Below, in pieces: positions 27,146-39,425 of a DNA stretch of 64,000 nucleotides. Positions within the stretch are counted from its first letter, which is position 1; each line of letters opens with the position of its first letter. Below the pieces are notes generated by a model. That model had not been told where the DNA came from. It did no database searches and saw nothing but the letters and a program-made list of their open reading frames with translations. The stretch comes from the human T2T-CHM13v2.0 reference genome, Homo sapiens: assembly GCF_009914755.1 (NCBI RefSeq), contig NC_060932.1; one strand, 5' to 3'. The translations under genes and the position numbers were made by a program.

Positions 27146-28288
27146 TAAGAATCTTGTTCATTCTTCAGATACATATCTGTGGCTTGGGTCTTCTCCTGCA
27201 TCCTAATGAGAAGTTCATATGTGTCAGATATTTCTTTTAGGTAAGTTAGCTTTTAAAGTTATTTAACAAAAAGAATCTAAGAATGACAGAACTAATGTTT
27301 CATAATATATTCAGAAGCTTTATCTAATGACCTTCCTGAACATGAACATGACTTCCCTCTATAACTGATGGTACTTTTTATGAAAAAGATCTATCCATCT
27401 AAGTAATGATTTTACCTTATTACTATCAGTGGAAATATAAAAATTATAACCTGCCAGGCAAAATGTGAAATTATAATGATGGAGAAATTTGGCTTTACAG
27501 TTGAGAATTCACCATGCTTGCTCTAAGTAATTCCACAGGAATTAACAGAATGAAGTAAATAAAATATGGAGAGGAGACAATCTGATTTCAAAACAGCAAC
27601 AGCAACAACAAAACGGTTATTAAATACTTTTTAGAGTAACACCACATAGTCTTTCCTTCTCTTTGGGCTGGAAACCTCTTATTTCCCAAGAGGAACCGCT
27701 GTGTGGGTTTTTAGGGAGGGAGAGGTAAATAAATCCCACTGTGCTGCCAGTGTACACAGAGTAAAATGTGTACTTTTGTTCTGAGTCTTCTGGCTGCCTG
27801 CTTGCTTCATTCTACAAACAGATTTTCTTACTTATTTAAGAAAGATCCTTGTGATTTCCATTATTTTTCAAAATTTTCTAGTTTCCAAGCTGCATAGCCC
27901 ACTTTTCATTTTTCTACATATACAACTTACTGAATGAATTACATGGATTTGCTTTTATCTGATGGGATTCCACACCCCGCACCCTGACACACACACAACT
28001 TAGCTTAGCTTTTGAGTCTCAAAGTACCATCCAATAGAAAGTAGGAACTATCACCAATTCCTCCCTCAAATACTCATACGAAGAGGAATTTTAAGGGACT
28101 CTGATGCAATTTGCATCTTCTGTGATTAATTTTATAAGATTCACTATTTGAGAAACAGAATAGATTTTGATTTTTGAATGTTTCATTTGTATGCCTTTAA
28201 ACCTAAAGTATTGGTCGTCTAATAATTTAGACTTTGTATATCACAAGTTTTGAGAGTTAAAATAGTTACAGATACTTAGCATTGATGA

Positions 28289-28516
28289 CCCTGTTCTCAA
28301 CCAGGAGTGATTTTGCCACCTGACGACATTTGACAGTGTCTGAAGACATTTTTGGCTGTCACATGGGGGAAGGACTGCTATTGGTATCTAGTGGCTAGAG
28401 TCCAGGGGTGCTGCCAAAATTCTACAATGCGCAGGACAGCTGCCCACAAAAAGGAGTCCAGCCTAGGAATCCAGATATTTCTTAAAATATCAGCAGGGCT
28501 TCAGTTGAGAAACACT
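28289..28516 (+). mobile_element. MER20 (hAT-Charlie)
   Basis: gttctcaacc...gattttgcc...gacatttttgg...tctagtgg...ttgagaaacactg. Confidence 0.8.
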
Positions 28517-29364
28517 GCTTCAAACTGAGTCATCAGAATCTATACTGATTACTTCTTCCATCTAAGTAAGTGGATACTCTTAATTTTCTCAAGCTATGAA
28601 AAGTTATAGGCTGCACTGAAGCTTCGCAAATGTGGCAGAAAAAAACGTGGGTTACTGGTTTAAAAGATTCAATACACATGAGCCCTGACCAATGCTGTTC
28701 AAAATGCAAAAGAGAAAGCACTTGGTTTATAGGCAAGTGCTTGCTCTTGGCTTGACAATCTGTTTTGTCTAAGATAAAGAATAAGCTCATTGAAGAGATT
28801 CTGCTATAGTCCTTACCCTCCCAAACACTCAGCTCCCATGCTAAAGGAAGAACTAGCCTTGTTTTTAATAATGAAATGCAATTCCCCTCACCATTCTCAT
28901 TTTTTACATAATTAATTATAACTGCTTATTGTTAGCACTCCAGAGTCTCATTAATATGAGCATAATTACTCTCTTGGTATAAATTAACATTTCTGATGTT
29001 TGTCAAAAAGTGCTGCAGTTTGAAGGTGTCCATGCTGAAGTGAAATATAGAGGTATAGATCAACTATCAATAGTGCAACTTGAGTTTGTTTCTTTAAAAA
29101 AAAAAAAAAACCATCATGCATCTCATGAGAGAATAATTTGCTGCATTTGAGATTTGTCATTAAATTGCCCTGTAGTGGCAAAGTATTCCTCTGAGCAATG
29201 GTCCTTTGGAAGCACTCCAGACACATAGTACCTACCTGGCAGGTTTCATTACCTTTGCAATTTGCTATCCTATAATGTCATCAGAACAAAAGTGTTCTCC
29301 TAAACTGTCACAACTATCTGACTTTGCATGATCCTAATTAATTTTGCTGCACATTGACACGTAC

Positions 29365-29734
29365 CAGCTTGCACCACTCCAAATCCAGGAGGGCAGCTCC
29401 TATGTTTCAAGCAGAACTCTATCTCAAGGTAGCGCCCTTCCTTGCATTCGCACACGCGGTTGTGGGTGCGATTGCACTCCTGCTTGACGTACTGCAGCTC
29501 CTTGCACACGGGGCTGCAGTATAGACACTCGTCACTGGTGTGCCAGCTGTCTGTGTAGTAGTGGTCAGGGCAAGGGGCGCACACGGTCTTCCACTTTGCT
29601 GTACAGTGTTGTTTTAGGTAGGTACCAGGAGGACATTTGTCACACAACAGCTGATGAGAGGTTTCTTCGTCATAATGAAGGTACTTTGGAGGAAACGTTT
29701 CCTGGGTGGTCCACTTAATGGAGATGTCCAGAAA
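29365..29734 (-). CDS. TNFRSF11B: Osteoprotegerin coding exon 2 (end of signal peptide, TNFR cysteine-rich domains 1-2 and part of 3)
   Basis: Acceptor ttctag|TTTCTGGAC; translation FLDISIKWTTQETFPPKYLHYDEETSHQLLCDKCPPGT...VVQA; donor G|gtacgt; 370 nt. Confidence 0.98.
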
Positions 29735-32700
29735 CTAGAAGGAGAAAGGAACACAGTGGCATCATCTTAGCATGAAAATAGGTTTGTTCTTATGTGCAAC
29801 AGTATCATTTGACTCAAAGTCCTGTATTACCTTAAGCCTAATGAGATTTGCCACAAAGTAAGCTTGGAAGCCATAATTTTTGCCTCCGGGAGCTTAATCT
29901 CAAAGACCAGGAATGCAGATAGCAGTGAACATATTAACTAAAATCCAGGCTCAAAGATGACTGGAGTAGAAAGCCCATCAAAATAGAACTATAACACTTA
30001 GATGCACTGCTGAATTACCATGTGACTTGAAAGACACTTTGTCGTCTTGGGTTGCAGGATTATCTCTAGGTGAGTGAGTTGGATTAACTGGTAATTCTCA
30101 GAACAGCTACACAAATCACCTGTTAAAAATATAGATTCCTGGGATTCATATCCTTAAGTATTCTTATTCCACCGATGTGGGGATGTGGGATTGGGCCTGG
30201 GGATTTAAAACACCTGCAGTGTTTCTGACGCCTGGGATGCATACTAAATAATCATCTCTTAATTTATTCATTTGACAAATAATTAACTGAGCCCTTAGTA
30301 TGTGCCAGACTTTGTTCTGGGCACTTGGGATACAACTCTGAATAAAATAGGCAAGAAATTCTGCCCTTATGGAGTTAATCCAATTAGAGGAGTAAAAATA
30401 ATACATTATAATAAACTACGCAAGTATTGTTTTAAAAAAGGAGAGAGAGCAGGTAAAGAAGCCTGGAAACATGGAGGGGAAAATAGGGAGATTAACATTT
30501 CTAAGCACGGTGCTCATATTGGGGACTAAAGGATACCTCTTTCAGTTTTCCTATTCTAAGACTTTTGGATTCCAAGAAAATACTGAAGAGTTGGTGATAT
30601 GCGAAGGTATATGATTACAACAATCATTCCTATTACTCATTCATGCAACAGATATAGGTTGAATGCCTACTAGGTGTCAAGCACCAGGAATATGCTGGTG
30701 AGTCAGACATGTCCCCTGTTGCCATAAGCTTGCAGTTCACCGAAAAGATTCCTCGAATGTAAGGTTGATATTTTCTCTAAACATCATATTGACCAGCAGT
30801 CTTGACTCTCATAGGTGAATGACATCTAAAAACAATATTAAGTAAATTAAATGACCACATCTCTTCAGGTGTACTGGGATAAATTTCAGGGAGCAGGCAG
30901 GGATCAGAAGTTTCCATACATAATGGCAGGAAGAGGCCTGTGCAGTAGGGGAAAGAGGATTTCATGGGCAAGGGTGCCACTTGGAAGGAGAGTTTCAACT
31001 GGGTATTCTGTCTTGTATTTTAGATCCCCAAAGGTCTTCCAGGGAGCACTGAAGTAGTTCTTCACACTAATTACAGGAATCACACGCTCAGAAGAAACTG
31101 TGTTTTTTGTGTGTAGGGGGTGGTTTGTTTGTTTTTGGTACAGAGATCAACACTGACTATTTTCAGGCCTTGGGGAGGTGGTAAACCAAACAATAATTTT
31201 TTCCAAACTCTCTTTGCAGAATTCAGGAAATCTCACAGGAACCCCCTGACCTGGAAAAGGCATGCCAAGCTAGGGAAACAGCACACCCTTTTGAATTAGG
31301 GGTGGCAAAGATAAAGAATGGCCTTTTTCATAAGCATTTGAACATTTTAACTGAAGTAACTTCATTCACTTCTTATGGGAACATGGCAAGTGTTTGGGCT
31401 GATTTGACCTAATATGAGTTGATAAACCAGAAGAGAAGAATGAAACATCTCATCCGGTCATTGACCTCTTCACAGAGACAATTTTCAAAGACAGTGAGTG
31501 CTGTAATGCAAGGAACTCCCAACCAACAATAAGCAAAATTCACTGCAAGCTCAGAGCTGCTTCAGTGGTCTTTTCAGGACATTCCCTTGACCTGAGAGTT
31601 TCTAGTGAAAGCATCTTCTTGAATTTTCCTGGGGCTTTTAATTGTCTCAGGTGGAGTGGGTTGACACTAGATTACAGAAATGGACCAGTAGTGAGTGGCA
31701 GCTCTGGTTTGTTCTGAATCTTTCAGAAATAGATGGAACCTATTTCTTCATTCAACACACACTCCTTGAGCATCCACTATGTACCAGGCATCATGGAGGG
31801 AACTTAGCATGTGGCATACATAAAACGCAAATGGTCCTTGCCTTCGAGTTCATACTTGAGTGAGCACGCAGACAATAATAAGTGAAGAAATAATTACAGC
31901 AAGTAATTACAAATAATGATCAAAGTAATGCAAGAAAGCAAGATGACATGTCTGACTTTGTTGCTAGTTTGTCATTTGAATATATAATGGGACAAAGGGC
32001 TTCTATAATTAATTCTCTTATAATATATATAGGAGAATTATATATGATACATAATTCAGGGCTCCTATAGTGTAATCAATTCTCAATATTATAAAATGAG
32101 GATTTCCTGATTCAACTTGCAAAAACATGTGAAAGTAATGAGAAATACTGTTTTCTCTTGCTGTTCACATTCAGTTTCCTGGAAAGCCACTTTTGAGAGT
32201 TGTGTTTGCTTTCAAGAGGCCTGGCTTAGAGATCCAGATTCCTTTATCTTGAGTGCCACTGCTAAGTGAGTCACATCCTGGTAGGTAGGAGTCCTGAAGT
32301 TTTCCCCAGCAGAACTTCCCACTGGTCTCCCTTTCCCATTTCAACATGGTTCAGGTGTGCCCATTTGTTCATCAACACGGACTCTTCTCCCTTGCCAAAA
32401 AATGATGAGAATAGGATGGGAAAACTCCACAGATGGTGCCTGTGATCTTCATTAGAAGAAGCCGTATAAATACAGATATGACCAAGAACACTGATGCATT
32501 TTATATTTTTCTAGGTATTTGGACATGATATTGTTGGTTTCCCAAAACCATGCTTCAGAAATTTGTTGCTCTTTCTTAAAGATACAGGGAGGTTGAGGTG
32601 AAAGGAACCCACAGAGAAATGAAGAAATAAGGTCAACTTAAGAATTAGAGAGTATGTTAATGAAGGTAATTTCTCCAAGGCTATCACGTGGAATAATCAC

Positions 32701-33175
32701 ATATATTTTTAAAACTGAGAAAGCCTTGAGAAATTACAAACTTGTTTTCAGCAAGTTCAATTGGGCCTCTGTTTTAGTTGAAGATTTTTCCACTTTGGTA
32801 AAAAGACAGGCTCTGTGTGGCCAAAATTGGATGTTTAGGTCTCAATCTTTGGTTAGCCCCAATTCCCACACAGAATTTCTGGACTCAGTTACTGGACAGA
32901 GGATGGGCAAGATTAATAGAGCTCTTCATCTCAGTCCTTTCTCTCGGTTTCTTCTGCTTATTTCCTGGAAAAGCGATGAAAAATATGCCACAGGACAGAT
33001 CACCTTAACATTGGATACAGCTCCTTTGCCACTTGATAATATTCAAAACCTAATAAAACCTTAAAAATTCATTTCTGTGTAAAATGCAGACCCTTGATGA
33101 GCATCTGCCCAAGCTGGGACACATGCATCGGTGTGTCTGAGGAAGGATGAGGTGCTGTCTGTAGAAGAAGGTACT

Positions 33176-33257
33176 CCGAGATCGCGCCACTGCACTCCAG
33201 CCTGGCGACAGAGCGAGACTCTGTCTCAAAACAAAAACAAAACAAAACAAAACAAAA
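33176..33257 (+). mobile_element. Severely 5'-truncated Alu (AluSc-type 3' end) with (AAAAC)n tail
   Basis: ccgagatcgcgccactgcactccagcctggcgacagagcgagac. Confidence 0.9.
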
Positions 33258-33959
33258 GCCTACTCTATTTTTTGTTTTATGCTTGACTTTTAAAAAAAGA
33301 ATTAAATGATTTTCTTTCTGTGTTCTTTCTTTCGTTGTCCTCCCATTCCCCGGCTACCTATCATTTTGTATAGACCACTTATGCTTTAAGAGAATCTGAA
33401 AGTCTTCTAATCTAGTGCTTCTCATCAGTCCAGAATTTCTTCCTGAAGCCTCCATTCCTCTTTTTTGAAAGGAAAGTTAAGGTTTCATCTCAGCTAGCTT
33501 TATCCCTCTCCTTGCCTTCCATTTTTAATATTGAGCAATGTTAAAGAATTTTCCATTTTAAGCATAAGCATCTTTTCTCACATATCAAATGCTAGCAGAC
33601 AATGGTAGAAGGTGAAGATGGTGGGTGAGTTGAATTAACTGTTCTCTAATGCCTTTTCTAGCTCTATCATTGTCTTATCCTTTGGTTTCATAGTTTAATT
33701 ACCCAGTGAACTTGGAAAAAAAGTCTTGCTCTAATCCCCTTCATACTTCTTGTTCCACCTTGTTTTATTTGTGGAACCCCTCTTTATAGCAGAACTCTTT
33801 ACCAACCTCCCCTCTTCAGATTCACCCATGCCTTCCATTCCCTCTGTAAAATCACCTGATGTCCCAGCTTGTCAGTTATGCTTTTCCTCTAGCAAGCCAG
33901 CTCATGTTTGATCCTACCAGTGGAGTTGCATGCTTAACAAACGTCAGTTCTGAATCTGT

Positions 33960-34450
33960 TTATGCTACTTGTAACTATAATTAGGAAATTCAATTATTAT
34001 GTAAACCAACAAACATGAGTGTGAAAAAAATTATTTTTCTATGAAAAGTAAATGGAATGCTTTGGAATGACTTGAAAAAAATGAAGCCTTTCCCTTACCC
34101 TCCAAATAAAACACAGAAAAAACAACCTACTGCAGAATTTGGAATAGGTGAGATAACTGTTAAAACAGGGAAAACATCTAGAAGGATCAATTAGTTTCAA
34201 TCAATTAGTTTCATAAATATCTTTAAGTTCCAAAGCTGAATGGATGGGTAATACTTACAGAAAAGAGTTTTGTAAGAAAGGCAGCATGAGACTTAGCAAA
34301 CACTGTCTCTAAGAAGGGGTTTAGTTGTATCTCAAAATACAGAGGAATGAATGTTTACTTAAATGTTTTAAGTCAAAATAAAATATTTAAGATATAAGTA
34401 TATAATTTTTATTAAATGCGCTAACTGATTTTGCAATTAATCATTCAGCT
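33960..34450 (+). mobile_element. Degenerate Tigger/pogo-like DNA transposon remnant
   Basis: atgagtgtgaaaa...tctatgaaaagtaaatggaatgctttggaa resembles a Tigger transposase start; from memory only. Confidence 0.35.
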
Positions 34451-34576
34451 GTTGGTCACAAATATACAAATTTCTAATAATTCCCCATATTTAAGAAGTA
34501 GGAAAGTATCATAATGGTATATGCAAGAAGAAAAAAAGGAGTATTTTGAACATGGAATTTTATTTTGTCTATTTCA

Positions 34577-34705
34577 ATTTTATTTTTATTGAGATGGGGT
34601 CTCGCTATGTTGCCCAGGCTGGTCTTGAACTCTGGGCTCAAGTGATCTGCCTGCTTCAGCCTTCCAAAGTGCTGGGATTACAGGTGTGAGCCACCACACC
34701 TGACC
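34577..34705 (-). mobile_element. FLAM-type Alu monomer
   Basis: ~130-bp left monomer; TSD ttttgtctatttca at 34563-34576 and 34708-34721. Confidence 0.88.
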
Positions 34706-36396
34706 TGTTTTGTCTATTTCATTCAAGCATACATGTATTAAAGCAACTCTGTGCCAGACAGTGGAAGAATAAACAATATATATAATATTTTGGTTTATAC
34801 CTACTTAGAATGTTTAATCATTGTTATCATTACGTCTCCACCAACTATAAAAATGAGTCAGGGTAATTAACTTGTTTCACATCATAGTAATTAGTGCAGA
34901 CAGAATTCAAACTTAGAGCATGTGCCATATAAAATGAATTTTTTGGTCAAATCCTTTAACATTTACTGAATGCTTTCCCTTACGCTATTCCCTTCACGCA
35001 TTGTCCAAAAGTAAGCCCTAAAGTGCTTAATTTTCATTCAGTCTCAAGGGCATAGAGTTAGAAGATCACCAGTGTTAGGAGATCAATCACAGCCTTCCTG
35101 AAGTCCAGATAAACTGACCTTGACTTTTCTTTGTGCTAAGACTAGCTTTTGTCCAAAGCTACTGAGTTGAAAATTTATCAGATCACAACTGATTTGACTA
35201 GAGAATTCTACTGGTGTATGCATCTTCCTAAAAAACAAAAGAATACACTTGGTCCAGCAAGTTTATTTTTGCATTATGCAATGCAGCCAATCCCATACTA
35301 CTGGGCCTGCTTTCTGTATGCAGAACCATGAGTGACACAGTGGGTTTCCATTTATGGAAATTCATTAAAAGAAGCCCACACAAAGTCTGAAATAACCACT
35401 TGGTTTGGGAGTTCCTTTTGTGATCCCTCGTCATGATCTTTGCCACAAAGAACTATTTGAGGACTACCCAGAGTTAGCTAAACTTCTGGTCAGTTTTAAA
35501 ACCATGTCAGTTTACAGTTCGTCTTAGCCAAGAAAGGAAACATCCAGGATATATACTATGGTGAATTTACTAAAGATCTCTCGGTACTATGAGTTATGAA
35601 AGTTATCAAAAACTGTCTTCCTGTGAAGGTCAGTTTATTTGATTTTTTATTTATATTATACCTCCTCTCCCCTTTTCCTCCATTCCTCAAATAATTCATT
35701 TATTCATTCAACAAGCACTTATTGAAACAATTGCTATGTTCTGAGAATATGACTAAGTGGAGTTGAATAAGTTAATGTAAGCATGCATCCAAAAACCCAT
35801 TCTGATTTAAAATACTCACAGATCACTGCAAAACAATTGGAGGCATAAAAGGGGAGAAAGAGCAAGAAAAGACTCAATAGAGAAACAGGTTGGAAATTGT
35901 GAGGGGCACTGGTAATGGAGAATGAGAGGAAAGAATAGGTATGACGTGTTGGCTGGTTGCATTGGGAGGGGGTGGTGCTAGGAAGCAATCGAAGAGCACA
36001 TCCATGAACTCTAGCCAGTAGGTATGTGGTGTTGCCATTAATTACTGACAGCAGGAAGAGCCAATAACTATGAAGAAAGAGAAGGAATTTGGTTTGGAAC
36101 ATCTATCTGCCTTCTATATGAGACTCAAGTGATGATGTCTGGTAGACAATTAAAACTATGTATTGGGAACTCAGGACAGAAAAGCAGCTGAAGACACAGC
36201 TTTCGTGGTTATGAGCACATAAATTGCTCTAGAAGCAGAGAGACTGGAGTGACATTACCCAAAGAAATTGTGTACAAGCCAAAAAGGACAAAAGTGTTAA
36301 CCCTTGAGACTTATAAATATTTGGTGAGCTAGGATGAAAAAGCAAAGGATTAAATAAAAGAGATAGCACAGATAATTTTAAAAAGGGTGCTAAGTG

Positions 36397-36760
36397 CATA
36401 TACACTATGGAATACTATGCAGCCATAAAAAAGGATAAGCTCATGTCCTTTGCAGGGACATGGATGAAGCTGGAAACCATCATTCTCAGCAAACTATCAC
36501 AAGGACAGAAAACAAAACACCCCATGTTCTCACTCATAGGTGGGAATTGAACAATGAGATTACTTGGACACAGGGCAGGGAACATCACACACCAGGGCCT
36601 GTCGTGGGGTGGGGGGAGCAGGGAGGGATAGCATTAGGAGAAATACCTAATGTAAATGATGAGTTGATGGGTGCAGCAAACCAACATGGCGCATGTATAC
36701 CTATGTATCAAACCTGCACGTTGTGCACATGCACCCTAGAACTTAAAGTATTAAAAAAAG
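36397..36760 (+). mobile_element. 5'-truncated L1PA 3' end
   Basis: End of ORF2 and 3'UTR; TSD aaaagggtgYtaaRtg at 36381-36396 and 36761-36776. Confidence 0.93.
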
Positions 36761-38500
36761 AAAAGGGTGTTAAATGGGTAAGATCTGAAAAGTGCACAGC
36801 TTGGCAATTTGGTCAATAAATTAACAAAAGCACTTTCAGCTTGGAAACCTGCATTTAGAATATGCATACCACAATTCCAAATTGAGCTCCACCACTACTT
36901 AGTAACCATGATCCCACCCCTACAATAAGAATAAGACTTATTTTTACCTATCTCACTGCAATTGTTATATTTCAAATCAATGAAGGGACACAAACATGGT
37001 AAGAAATAAGGGTCAGACTATCATGAGACATTATTACACAAAGTAATTATACAGGAGGTAGGAAGTGGAAGACATTTCAAATCAGACTCATTTCTGGAGA
37101 CATTTTAAAGGTTCTTGTTCTGTATGAAGTAAGACACCTAAATTGTGCCCTAAGTTCATTATCTACTCTGTTCTTGTCTCCAGAAAAAAAGCACCTTGGA
37201 CATGTTGATAAAATTAGTTTCAGTATCTTCCCAATTGGCATCATTTTCTTGGTGTAGAACAAATGATTCAAGGCAGTTCCATGACTTTGTTTAGAAAGCT
37301 CAGCCAGAAAATAATTTGTCTCCATATTTCTTAAATGCTTAGCATGGTGTCTTACACATGGCAAGTATTCAATATATCTTTTTTCAAATCATTAGACATA
37401 TTGATTATCTACTGTGTATCATTAGGATCATTGGAATTATACAGATGCAAATAAATATTCACCATGTAAAGGATACATTTGCAAGGACAAGCACAAAGCC
37501 TGCAGTTTTCTCATCTGTAAAATGATAGTGATGACCGAATTTGCCTAAAGGAAGAGATTTTTTAAAGCATCTTTCATCTCACATGGTGTTTTGTATGTAC
37601 TGTTCCATTTGTTCTTAACTTCCATTTTAAAGGTGAATGTGTGAAAAGAGCAGACAATTCATGGGAGAAGTTTATCTACTGCTGCCAGTTCCCCACCTGA
37701 GAGTCTACCACTGCTTAATAGTTTTCACAATAGCCAGTTGTTTGGCCTAGGATTATGTCTCTAGGTAAGGCAGGAAGGGCAAATGAATTAAATCTGTTCA
37801 TCTATACAGACCTGATTTGCTTCTAGCCTTTTTCCTAGGCAAACAGGGGAAAAGAAGCACAAACAATTATGATTTATTAGATGAGTCACTGGGCCAAATT
37901 CCACACAATTTTGCTTCCCTTGAGGCTGAAGAATTGTCTTCAGGTAAAATTTAACTTTCAGTGTAATTTTTGTTCCCTTCAGAAGTTTCCTTTAGTTGTC
38001 TGAAGGCTTTTAAATTAATTAGCAATATCTTGTTTGTGTTTGGAATCAATCATAAATGTTAGGTTGAATTTGCTTATGATGTTTTTTGCTTCTTCAGGGG
38101 AATTTTATAGACAATTAATATTTGACAGATTAACAAATGAAGGCAAAAAAACAAAAAACAAAAACAAGAAAATCTCTGAGAAAAGAGAACTTGTAATGCA
38201 GGCATATGCTTAAAATTTTCTGAAGAAGATATACGGAAATTGCACATATTTTGGCTCACAGATCTTAATATTTCTTCCTTTGGGCTTCTGTTAGTCATCA
38301 GATTTGAGAATTAGCATCAGGTTTGAAAGCCAATTCAACAGCAGGGATGGCCGAATTTTTCATTGTAATTATCTCATTCAGGCCCACCTGACAAGCACAA
38401 GGGTAGCACCGCTACCTCAGGGTCTTCCAGCTACAATCCCTGGCATTCTGGCCCAGAACTGGAAGGATGTTTTTGTATGTTGATATTTTTGAACATCAAT

Positions 38501-38700
38501 TTTTGAATTATACTTTAAGTTCTAGGGTACATGTGCACAACATGCAGGTTTGTTGCATATGTATAAATGTGCCATGTTGGTGTGCTGCCCTCGTTAACTT
38601 GTCATTTACATTAGGTATATCTCCTAATGCTATCCCTTCCCCCTCCCCCCACCCCATGACAGGCCCCCCCGTGTGTGATGTTCCTCACCCTGTGTCCAAG
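38501..38700 (-). mobile_element. 5'-truncated L1PA 3' end
   Basis: Reverse L1PA 3'UTR; TSD tttgaacatcaat at 38488-38500 and 38701-38713. Confidence 0.93.
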
Positions 38701-39324
38701 TTTGAACATCAATATTTAAATTCCATTTTATTTCTACAGTTGCTTTTCTTTGAAGATAATGCATTGCTCACATTACCTTATGAATCCTTTTGGTTATTAA
38801 TGACCTGTATTGAAGCCCAATCAATATATGACAATGGACAGCTAGTGCAAATTAGATACGAAAAGCCATGTGGTGATGAAATGGAATAGAAACTAGAAGA
38901 AATGGACTAAAACAGAATTCAAGCTAAACCTGTAGATATTGACTGCATGTCTATGATGTGCGAAACATCATATTGGAAGCCCTGAGTGATATGGCAAAAA
39001 ATAATAGCTTAGTATACTCTATTATTATATATGGGGCTATATACTCAGCCCTTTCTTCACATGCTATTATCATTCCATCCCCTGCAACCATCTCTAATGA
39101 GATATGATTATCCCCATTTTACATATAAAGAAACCGAATCTCAAAGAAGTTGAGTGACTTTTCAAAGGTGTCAGAGCTAGCACACATTCAAGCTGGGATT
39201 TAAATCCTATCCCGTCTGAACCTAAGCCTTTAACAACTGACTTTTCCCTCTCGGAGCTTGCAGTTATGAAGAAGATTGACATATAAATGGTCAACTGCAA
39301 CACAAAACTCAATATGATTTACTG

Positions 39325-39425
39325 TCTATCTATCCATCTACCTACCTTCCTACCTACCTACCTATTTGACCATCCGTCTGTCCACCTACCCACCTATTCA
39401 TCCATCCATCCATCCACCTATCTAC
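39325..39425. repeat. Degenerate (CCTA)/(CCAT)n tetranucleotide repeat
   Basis: Direct inspection. Confidence 0.7.
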
